Below the pieces are notes generated by a model, which was not told where the DNA came from, made no database searches, and saw nothing but the letters and a program-made list of their open reading frames with translations. Shown in pieces: positions 26,301 through 38,300 of a stretch of DNA of 64,000 nt. The first letter of the stretch is position 1. Each line of letters starts with the position of its first letter. The stretch spans positions 47,608,035-47,672,034 of the forward strand of contig NC_068999.1 of the NCBI RefSeq assembly GCF_001194135.2. The letters are read 5' to 3'. The translations under genes were made by a program, and so were the position numbers. This DNA comes from Octopus bimaculoides. Lineage: Eukaryota.

Positions 26301-29300
26301 ATGTTTGGATATGTAATCACATACCTAGTGTGATTATATGTCCAATTATATTAATGTGTGTGTCTATAAACTGAACCACAAAAGAAATGTCGCACACTTA
26401 CTAAATAGAAACTGGTTTATTAACAGACTACCATTGCATTGATTGAAGAGTGTTAATTAAGAAACTGTTCTTTCTTAACGAGAAAACATAATTTCCTGAA
26501 ACATGTTTGGTGTCACATGGCATCACGTGATGACGGAGTGTCCTGGATCCAAAGAGATGAACTCAATATTTCGTCTGACCACCGTTAGCATTGATAACCG
26601 CCAAGCATCTTCTGTGCATTGAATGCACCAAACGATTGATGAAGGCCATGGGGGTAGCAGCCCACACTCTATCAAAACTTGCCGTGAGTTGTGCCACAGT
26701 TGTCGGACTTGGACTGATGTCATTTAGCCTTCTTTGGATTTTGTCCCACAGATGTTCCATGAGGTTCAAGTCCAGACTTAGGGTAGGCCACGTCAGTATC
26801 TGGATGTTGTGCTGTTGGAAGAAGTCTGTTGTCAACCTGGCAGTATGGGCACGGGTGTTGTTGTGTTGGAACACGGGATTCCGATGACGGACAATGTGAG
26901 GCCTCAACACTTGGTATATGTAGTGAGCAGTGGTTACTCCATTGCCCTGGCCTTGGCCAATGTTTGGGAAGGCCACCGGTTTAAGTTTCTGGTTGAGTGC
27001 AGTCTCACTCCATACCATGATGCTTTGTCCTCCCCTTGAGTTTCTCTCCACCACACAGCCATCAGCATGGCATTCACCCCTTCTCCAAATCCTAGCTCTG
27101 CCATCTGGCACAGAAATGCAATATCGACTTTCATCAGAGAAGACTACAGTCCTCCACTGCTGATATCGGTAGTTCTGACGTTTTTGAGCCTACTGCAGGT
27201 GTGCCTGTCAATGATGACTGTGAAGACAGGGTCCCTAGCCGGACATTGACAAGACAGGTTGAAAGATTTCAACTGGTGGTGAACTACTTCTGCACAAATT
27301 GATCTGTGGTGAGTCCCTATGGCCTTCTTAGCTGATTCCATTGCCCTCCAGAATCGGTCCTGCAAGTGCTGTTGGTGCAGGTGGCGATCTTGACATGGCA
27401 TTGTAACCCTCAGTCGGCTACTGCATGGACGGTCATCCATGCTGTTTGTGGAATTGTATCGTTCCCTCATCTGCTCAATTGTCCAAAGACTGCAATTCAA
27501 GTCATTAGCGATGACCCATGGACGTTGACCAGCATGGAGACGTCTGATGGCCTCCTCCTTCTGATTTCGTGTCAGCCTTGGCATGCTTGCTGCATTTGGG
27601 AAACGAATGGCAGGTTTGTAAATTTGGGTGCCTTTTATACCCAATGAGTCAACGTTTTGCACGTGTATCATGCTTTTCATAAAGATGCATTCACGAGCAT
27701 TACTACGTTTGAACCCTACATGTAATCCTTGTGCTTTCAAAAGAAAGGAGTGTTGTGGGTCGGTGACATCTTCCTGATGTCAAATTACTTTGAAATGTGA
27801 TAAAATCCATACAATCTCAATATCATGTGTGACACACAATATTTTACAGTGCAATGTTCTTTCATAGTTCAGTACACACACACACACACACTGAACTACA
27901 TATAAATAATTTACCTCATAACCTTTCTAAATTTAATATTTTATTTCCTGGTGTCAGATTTTTAATGTTTCTCTCTCTCATCTTTTTTCAAAAACGAGAA
28001 GAATCTAATGTATTTTTCTTCAACTTCAAAGCATTCAAGTTATCAGTTTTGGCCAGACTAGTTCTTAGAAATAAGATTATAAATTTTTGAAGTTTTAATC
28101 NNNNNNNNNNNNNNNNNNNNNNNNNNNNNNNNNNNNNNNNNNNNNNNNNNNNNNNNNNNNNNNNNNNNNNNNNNNNNNNNNNNNNNNNNNNNNNNNNNNN
28201 NNNNNNNNNNNNNNNNNNNNNNNNNNNNNNNNNNNNNNNNNNNNNNNNNNNNNNNNNNNNNNNNNNNNNNNNNNNNNNNNNNNNNNNNNNNNNNNNNNNN
28301 NNNNNNNNNNNNNNNNNNNNNNNNNNNNNNNNNNNNNNNNNNNNNNNNNNNNNNNNNNNNNNNNNNNNNNNNNNNNNNNNNNNNNNNNNNNNNNNNNNNN
28401 NNNNNNNNNNNNNNNNNNNNNNNNNNNNNNNNNNNNNNNNNNNNNNNNNNNNNNNNNNNNNNNNNNNNNNNNNNNNNNNNNNNNNNNNNNNNNNNNNNNN
28501 NNNNNNNNNNNNNNNNNNNNNNNNNNNNNNNNNNNNNNNNNNNNNNNNNNNNNNNNNNNNNNNNNNNNNNNNNNNNNNNNNNNNNNNNNNNNNNNNNNNN
28601 NNNNNNNNNNNNNNNNNNNNNNNNNNNNNNNNNNNNNNNNNNNNNNNNNNNNNNNNAAAAAAAAAAAAAAAAAAAAAAAAACAGAAAAACAATATGGCCT
28701 AACAGACATTTTGGATTCAAGACAGTTAATAATAGATGAATGGAAATTCTGGAATTTAATTCATATACTATTTTGGCTCATTTGTTTTATGTCTATGTAT
28801 AGATGGAATGTCAGCATTATATACATATACATGTGTGTGTGTGTATAATATACGCACACATATGGTCAGATATGAATGCAATGCGGACACCAGATGTTAG
28901 GTGAAAATGCATGGAGCATTATGCATAAACAATAATTATGTTTTGTTGATGTTTAGCCCCAAGTTAGTCTTGATGGAGTCAATTTGTGAGGAAAAGCATT
29001 CCAAACATAACTGTCCTATCTTTTTGCTCAAGTATTAACATAATATTTAGGGCTACATTATGTGTCCCAGTCTTTCATTTGAATGAGATCAGATTTGTGT
29101 ATGTGACTGTGTCTTTTTAGGGATCTCTCGAGGAAACCATAGACCTACAATGTTTTCTTATGTCGCATAGGCTTGACATCATCAGTGGTAGTTAGCTAAA
29201 CACTGTTTGGTGCAGTGATATCTTAATTAATTTGTTAATTAAGTAGTAGTGGGAGAAATTATGTTGAATGTAATTAAGAAGCCTGAATAAGTAAATTAAT

Positions 29301-32300
29301 TAATTCATTCAATTTTTCTTTTTCAGTGAGCATCGTTTGCCACCAACATCTAGTTCTGAGGTGAAGGTAAGTGACCCAGATATAAATGTGCTTGTCCTAG
29401 CTGTTAAATGTCCCAAATCTATTGACACTTTAGCATTTAAACCGGCCAATATCAGGCATAAATATTCTACCTGCTTAATGCTCACACCAGCCAGATCTGT
29501 CCTCTTACACCTACCTATAGTCATCATCATCATTGTTTAACGTCCATCTTCCATGCTGGCGTGAATTGAACAATTTGACAGGAGCTGGTCAAGCAGAAGA
29601 CTGCACCAGACTTCTGTGTCTGTTTTGACATGGCTTTTGCAGCTGGATGCCCTTCCTAACACCAACCACTCTACAAAATGGACTGAGTGCTTTTTATGTG
29701 GCACCAGTACAAGTGGGGTCAGTTTTGGCATGGTTTTTACAACTGGATGCCCTTCCATAAGCCAACCACTTTACTGTGTGGACTGGATGCTTTTTTACAT
29801 GGCACCAGCACTGGTAGGGTCACCAAGTAACTTGCAAGACAAGGAACCTTTGAAAGGGGAGAGGGTATTGGAGGTTGTGATCTCGTGTCAGGTCATTCTA
29901 AAAATAAACACTCACATCATCAAAATCTCAAAGCTACAAGATAATGCATGATTAATTCAAAACGATCTGAATGAATATGCATTACATTTGTCAGAATAGG
30001 ATAAAGACCCCCTTTGGTCATGAATGACCATAGGATTGCACTACAAAGTTCTCCGAGGTACAAGTCTGGGCAAGGTTGTTTATGGAAGACCAGCAGTCTC
30101 CCTTTTTCATGCCACTGATGTTGTCCAAGGGAAATGCAAAGGCCGATACAGCTTGATACCTGTGACATTGCAATTCATTTCTACAGCTGAGTGAACTGGA
30201 GCAATGTGAAATAAAGTCTTGCTCAAGAACACAACACACAGCCCAGTCCAGGAATCAAACTCACTACCTCATGATTGTGAGCCTGATTTACTAACCACTG
30301 AGCCATGCTGTGGGGCTGAACTCAAAACCATGCAGTTACAAAGCGAATTTCTTAACTACACAGTTATGCCTATATGTTGCAATTAATTGAAATGAAATCT
30401 CAAATGAATCTGTTCCTGCATTTCCTTAATGTCTGTGTTTTTACTTTTCTTAGCTGAGGCAACAAGAATATGAAAGAAGTCAGAAATGGATGAAGATGTT
30501 GAGAAACTGGGATAAATATTATGGAGGAGAAAAGGTAGGTTGAAATTCGTTTTGAGATGAATTTTTTTATGGATTGTTTTTGTTTCTTAAACCTCCATTT
30601 ATTTTGAGGCTGTTTCGTATTTTAGATTTAACTCTTCCACATTTAAACTTGCCATATCCAGCTAAAATATTCTACCTGTTTTATGTTCAAAAGCCATCCC
30701 TACATCAGTTATTTAAGGGATGATTTTACCCCTAATTCCTGAGGGAGGTGAGTTGGCTACAAGCGAGTAGGATCTTCGATAATGAGAGCAGATAGTTCCA
30801 CTTTGCAGCTTCAGCGAGAAGTGATTTCTAACAAGAATCTTTGACACTATGCTTTGCATTTCTTCTAACATTTATCTTCCAACTTTGAGAAACATATTTT
30901 GAAACATCATCATCATCATCGTTTAACGTCCGCCTTCCATGCTAGCATGGGTTGGACGATTTGACTGAGGACTGGTGAAACCGGATGGCAACACCAGGCT
31001 CCAGTCTGATTTGGCAGAGTTTCTACAGCTGGATGCCCTTCCTAATGCCAACCACTCAGAGTGTGTAGTGGGTGCTTTTACGTGTCACCTGCACGAAAAC
31101 GGCCACGCTCGAAATGGTGTCTTTTATGTGCCACCCGCACAAGAGCCAGTCCAGGGGCACCGGCAACGATCTCGCTCGAAAAACCTCATGTGTCACTCGC
31201 ACAAGAGCCAGTCCATGGGCACTGAATATTTTTAACAGAGTTCTACTTGTTGTGCCAGTTGATTTATTCACTTTAGCATCGGAAATAAATGTTGCAGTGC
31301 AGTCAATTTTAACTTGCCTTTGTATTTTCTTATTGATATTCATCTAGACTTATATTAACCAGAAAACATAACATTATCAGGGCTATGTCCTCATTGCTTT
31401 CATTCAACTACTCTCTCTAAACACTTACAAAACAAGTACTTTTTCAAGTGTCCCAGTTTTTTGGTTTCATTACTGTCTCGTATCTACAAGGCTACAAAAG
31501 TCTTGAAGAGAAAAATCGGATTTTGTGATATAATTTTTGTTGTTTTGTTGAACAATTGAGATTTCAAGCAATGATCTTTTGAACGTTTAACATTTTTGGA
31601 AGTGTGATGAAAATATTTCTTTCTCTTTGTTATTAAATAACAAAATGGATAATTTTTTTACTTACCGTTTCATTTACTTTTGACTATTTTCTAGATGGCA
31701 CGCCGGGTGTACAAAGGTATTCCTGAGAGAATGCGTGGAATTGTGTGGGCCCGACTTCTTGATGTAAAGAAAGTAAAATCAGAGCAAGAAGGAATCTATG
31801 AGGTTTGGATATTTAAATACTAGTCCCTGTCTTTTAGTACCATTAGAATCCTGTCTGTTATGTAACATTGTAGCTAACCAAATTTTTCTCATAATTTTTA
31901 TTCTTTCATAAGCTGAACCAAGAATTTCAGGAATGGGATCACCTCCTCCAATGTCCCCTCCTTTATAGCAAGACACCTGTTTCTGCCTCTGTCTCTCTGT
32001 CACACTCTAACCTTTCATCATTTGGCACAAGATCATCCCTCTCAAAATTCCTTGTCTTGCAAGTTACTTGGTGACCCTGCCAGTGCTGGTGCCACGTAAA
32101 AGGCAGTATTTTAATGGAAGATACTTTCAGTAGATGTAGACAAAAGAAAATTTGGAATGACGTTAGATAATCATCAGCATGCCTCTTTCCATGCTGGCAT
32201 GGGTTGAGCAGTTCAACATGAACTGATGAGCTAGAGGGCTACACCAAGCTCTGATGTCTGCTTTGGCATGGTTTCTTTCTACAGCAGGATGTCATTCCTA

Positions 32301-35300
32301 ATGCCAGCCGCTTCATAGAGTGTATAGGGTACTTTTTTCTAAGTACTAGCCCTGGTGAGGTCACCAAGTATCGAGGGATAAGAAACCAAGAGACAAGAAC
32401 AGCTGTCTTGCAGAAGAAGTGAATACATAGCTTTCCAGTGTGGAATATATTATTCCTCATAAGTAAGACAATGCAAAATTGCACTAAGTAAAGAATGGTG
32501 TTTTTTTTTTTTTGTTGAAAATGTGACAGCATCATATAGTAGATTAGATAGTATTTGCTGATTGTGAATATCCACTTGAGTACCTCAAGTGATATTGAAG
32601 AGGGTTATTTGAATTGTTGTAAAAGTGAAGTAGCAGAATAGATGAACCATTGTGTTAACTGTTAATCGTGCACACCTACTTTTCTAAAATGAGAATAGTC
32701 GCATCATTCCTCCACAGTAAGAACCCGGCTGTACTCCAGCCCTTTTTTTTTCATACTTTACACCTTTGTATTCCTTATTCTCTTAGCTTAAAGTTCCCCC
32801 ACTCTCCATTTGGGGTTTATTAACTTGTGAGCTGCATGGTGACATAAAAAGTATTCAGTACACTTTTGTAATGAGGTTGGTGTTAGAAAGAGCATCCAGC
32901 TGTAGAGACCATGCCAAAACACACACTGGAGCATGATGCAATCCCTTGGGCCCATCAGATCCTTGTGAACCCATCTAACTCTTTCGAGCATGGGACTTGA
33001 ATGTTAAATGATGATGATTATACCATGTCAGTTTGTTTAACTGGGGAATTATTTACTTGGAAATTACTCTTTCTAATGGATTTTCGTATGATGATCCAGC
33101 AGCAAAAATTGTTATTTTGTTTCTATAGCAACCCTGTTTTTAATGTACACCAATTGGTGATGAAATGATCCACCGATTCAACCAGTATTTATAAAGTTGA
33201 CATGTTTTCTGAGTATACGAATTTGTCCAGATTTTAAAATATTGATTTCTTTATTTTCCAGAAAATGATAATGCGCTCAAGAAAAGTGTCACCATATATC
33301 AAACAGATTGATATGGACGTGAACCGAACCTACCGAAACAACATAATGTTCAGAGATAGATATGGCGTGAAGTAAGTATGGTGTTCATTTGTTGCTGTGG
33401 AAAGAAGGCTTGCTTTTGTTTCCAGATCCTAATATTAAATTATATTACACTAGAGCATGACGAGGTCCTCTAACTTATTGGATCCTGTCAAACTGTCTGA
33501 CCCATAACAGCATGGAAGACAGGCATTAAAAGATGATGGTGGTGCATTATATTATGCTAGGGTTTGAGATCGTAGTCATGGCCGATGACAGTGTCACATA
33601 AATGGCCCATTAAAAGCACCCTTCAGTCGTTGGGTGATATGCTGTGCTTGTGAAGACCTGTCGAACCGAGTGAAATTGTAGCTGTGGCTGATACCAGTGC
33701 TTTCTGACTGGCACCCATGCCGGTGGCACATAGAAAGCACCGTTCAATCAGTTCAATTTGTATTTTCTGTCTTCCCCAAGGAAAGCATCTTTGATGTTTG
33801 CTTCCCAAAGAACTGTCATCTCTACCATCTGTACCACCTTCCTTTCCTTTCCTTGCGCCACGTGACAAAGTTGGGTCTTCCTGGTAGCAAAAAGTGGGAA
33901 GTAATAAAACAGAAAACAAGATTCTATGAAGAAATGGAAACCTGAGTTACATTGCTTTGAATAACCATTTAATATTTACTCTGGCAAAGGCAACGAGCTG
34001 GCAGAATCGTTAGCACGCTGGACAAAATGCTGCCAAGCATTTTGTCCATCTTTACATTCTGAGTTCAAAATCTGTGGCGGTTGACTTTGCCTTTTATCTT
34101 TCAGGGGTCAATAGACTAAGTACCAGTTGAACTCTGGAGGTCAATGTAATTGACTTAACCCCTCCCCCCAAATTGCTGGCCTTGTGTCAGAATTTGAAAC
34201 AAATATTTATTCTGGTAAATAACAACAGTAAAAGTGAAATGGAATAATTTTTTGTTCTCACTTTCAGTTTTTGATATTGTAGAGGCAGGGTTAACTTTTG
34301 TTTGAAGAATAAGTCATTAAAACTAACGATTTTATATGACAAACAATAATTTGTTTACACCTTCATGCTTGGTGATTGGATGGTAATAGAATGTGCTTTT
34401 GAAGTGCTCCCCCCTCCCAACACCAAAAAAATCTTTGTAGATATTTTCTATTTCAGACAAAAAAAAAAAAACATCATCTAATTGTATTGGTTGGCTTCTA
34501 AGTATATAATGCAAATTGTGGTTGTCTTTCTATTTTAGACAAAAAGCATTGTTCAATGTATTGGCTGGTTACTCAATGTACAACACAGAAGTTGGCTATT
34601 GTCAAGGAATGAGTGAAATAGCTGCTCTACTTCTGATGTACCTGGATGAAGAGGTAAATACTCAATATTCATAGCATATTTATTTCTTCTTGTTTAATAC
34701 ACCTATAGCAGCCTCACCATTGGTCAGCTAAGTAGCAGTATGTTAATTTTGATTAATCACAAAAAGAAATGTAGAGGAAGTGGGGATTTTGTTAAGTTCC
34801 CTGATGGTTGGCTCAGCTTCAAGAATCTATCTTATGATTCCTTCTTGCAACATTCTATTCGCATATCCTTCGTACCAGAGTTGTGATCTCTCGATGCAAG
34901 AATTTGTAATTAAAAACATTCAGTTGAGTGTTGCGGGTAGATTCAGTTATATTTTGGTATTTCTCATCTAATAAATTTATTAAGTCAGTGGCAATTGTTT
35001 TTTTTGTTTTTTTCCATATCACCCTTCATATATTTGCAGGATCTGGATGAGTAATTTAGGATATTTGTATAGGTTACTTGAATCAATGTTTTTACAACAG
35101 TATTACAATCTTTCTGCTTTCTGCTCAGCAGTGATATAAGAATGAGTAACGACTCCTTTGAAAGAGTATAATGAACTGGAATAACAAAACTGTTTCTGCA
35201 TTTTTAACATAGAACTCAAAGTAGTACATAGTGTATACATTTAATGTAAACATTCAAACATTGTCACTATCTTTCTGATTCCTGCTGTGTGTCACATGGA

Positions 35301-38300
35301 ATTTTCAGCCCTCTGAGGTCATATTGGTGTATAAGTCAACCTGCTTTTTTTAGCTGCAAATTTTGGTTTGAGAATTTCAACTTGTATGCTGGAAAATACA
35401 GTATCTGCCCTTATTTCATTAAGATTCTAAAAATATAAGGCAGGGCATAACACAGACCTACTCTAGCCCAATAATGATCTGATCTACCCACTTCCTACCC
35501 CCCCCCCTCACATAGCTTTCATTTGCATCTCCTATAATTATTTGATTTAACCCTTTATTTTAATTGGTTTTGTTCATAATCATTCATTTCTTCTTTAGGA
35601 TTCTTTCTGGGGTCTTTCACAATTACTGACTGACAAAAAGCATGGAATGCATGGTGAGTTCATATTTTCTTTTTAAATATCTCCTATTGACTTGTGTTGT
35701 TGCTGTTATTATTATTAATATTATTATTATTCTTTTAACTCAGGTTTTGTTGGATCTTCAGGAGTCTTGTATACGTAGCAGGCTTGCTACCTGCAGCTTA
35801 CGGTACCATGCTATCTGTTCTTTTCAACTATCCAATACTTTCCCGAAGATTCTGGTCATGCCTACGAGGCAAAGCTTTTGAAATTGCTCTACTGGGCACT
35901 CTATTCCTGCTTCTTTCATAATTCCTCTTGCTGCCTTCTGATACTGTCCCCAAAGACCCAACAATAATTGGCACTATCTTCACCTTTCATCATTTTTCAT
36001 AGCTCGGTTATCTTGTACTTGAGGGGATTGTATATGTGTTTTTTTTTGCCTTCCTTCTTGGCTGTTCATGGGTCAAAGGGGCATGCAACATCAGTTATAG
36101 AGTACATGTGGTTCACCTTGTCTACCACTACTAGGTCTGGCTGGTACTCAAGCACCTGGTCTGTTTGGATTGGGAAATTCCACAGATTTTGCAGGTTTCC
36201 TATCCCACCATTCTCTATGGTTTGTGCTCTATTATTATTTTTTTTTTAATTATTATTTGATGCGGTGGCAGAATCATTACCATGCTGGGCAAAATGCTTA
36301 GTGGTTTTTTCTTCTGGCTCTTTAAGTTCTGGGTTCAAATGCTGCTAAGGTCAACTTTACCTTTTATCCTTTCAAGGGTGATAAATTAAGTACCAGTTGA
36401 GCACTGAGGTAATTGTAAATAGCTAAACCCCTTCCCACCAAATTCCAGGCCTTTTACCTATATTAGAAAGAATTATTAACTCTTATGTACAGTTCTGTGT
36501 TTTAAACCCTTTGTTCATACAAGGATTTGACAAAAGAAACTAAAAATGGGCAGGTGTGTTTAGAATGTAATAACTTTTATGAAGCTTTCTGTGTGTATAT
36601 GTGACCTTGAAATGTTACAAGCCATATCCTGTGCCACCCATTTGTGTACCTAGTGATGAGGCACTGCATTTTCAAGCGGTTCACGATGCATGTCTACTGC
36701 AGATTGAAGCGGTTTATGACGTTAAGATTTAGCAAGCTGGCTGAATCATTAGCATGCATGGCAAAATTCTTAACAGCATTTCAGACTTTACATTTCTATG
36801 TTCAAATACTGCCAAGGATGACTTAGCTTTTCGTCCTATCGGGTGTGATTTAAATAAGTACCAGTCGAGCACTGGGGTCAATGTAATCGACTTATACCCC
36901 ATCCCCTGCCCCTAAAATTTCAGACCCTGTTCTTTTAGTAGAAAGGATTGTTATTATTAACGTTGCTGGGATTTAGTCGAACCAACTTTTATTTTATTTT
37001 TAATAAAACTGTTGGAACTCTTGTGATTTGTTTTTAGGTTTATTTATGCCTGGCTTTCCGAAACTGATCCGACTTCAAGAACACCATGATAACATTCTTC
37101 GAAAGTATTTGGGAAAACTTCGAAAGCAATTGGTAAACATTTTATTTTTAAAATTTCATACCTATAATTCTATATTTTTCTCATTAGTTCTTCTTGGACT
37201 CTTTCATAAGTATTCTATGCTCAGATAATTATCTTTCTTGAGAATGTTTTCTGATTAAATAGTCATGTCAAATATTTTATTTATTTTTAAATGTACCACA
37301 TTTTCCTGCACATACAAGTCAATGTAGTATGTAGTATAAACATTCGGATATCATCCTTATCTTTCCAAATTCTACTGCATTTCACATGGAATTTTTGTTC
37401 TTTCAAAGTCGTTTTGGTCCTATAAGTTGACCTACCTTTTTCTGGTTGTAAATTTTGGTCTGAAGAATTTGACTTGTATGCTGAGAAATATGGTATTTTA
37501 ATTTTTATATATGATTTCTGCTTTGTTTACCAGTTATTTTAAAATAAAGTATACTTGTCTTTATAATCCATGTAATAATGGTTGTCACTGTATTTTTTGC
37601 ATTTTTCAAAATTTAATTTTTGCATAAAATACAATATTAAATGAATTCTCTTTTTTCAGTTGAGACAGGAAGTGTATCCATCATTGTATAGCATAAAATG
37701 GTTTTTGCAATGTTTTCTTGACAGAGTAAGTTACTTAGAATACTTGTACATCTTATTCTTAATTGTCTTGACATTGTATTTTTACTCTTTGATCCCATTA
37801 GCAAGCACATAGTTTGAAATGAATCCACTGTGGTCACACACCACAGAATCTGCTAGCATACACAAATAGAGTGGACAGACAGTGTAGTAATGGCAACACT
37901 GTCAGACTGTACCCTATTCAATTCATCTCCTAATATAATAATGAGCGTAGTGTTTTTATATATTTGTCCAAAATCATGCAGTAGGAGTGAATGGTGAATG
38001 GAAAAGAGAGACAATAGTTATTCAGTGAAGGAGAAGTAATGAGAGTAATTGCCATGACTGAGAGGGAGTGAGAGAAAGTAATAGCAATGAGAGAGAGGAA
38101 GTGGCAAAGAGAGTGTTGCGTATATTCTACTGTAATAATACTCTTGTGTATTTCTCTGTCACAACATATGAATGAGAAAGGAAGGAGTGATCCACTGATG
38201 GAAGTGGGATGGTGAAAATGCAGTTTTGAATATTCTTTTATTATTGAATATTTCAAGTCACAATATATACATATAAAAATACACTACATGTATTGTGTAG

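Noticed and set aside
27988-28720. 200+ aa ORFs
   Set aside because: Artefacts of reading through the N gap at 28101-28656; the same applies to ORFs over 4379-4521, 44629-44728 and 63369-63614.
34600-34620. GMSEIAA in place of the GMSQI of vertebrate RN-tre
   Set aside because: Not the catalytic glutamine (YCQ is intact); a conservative change with no supportable functional claim.
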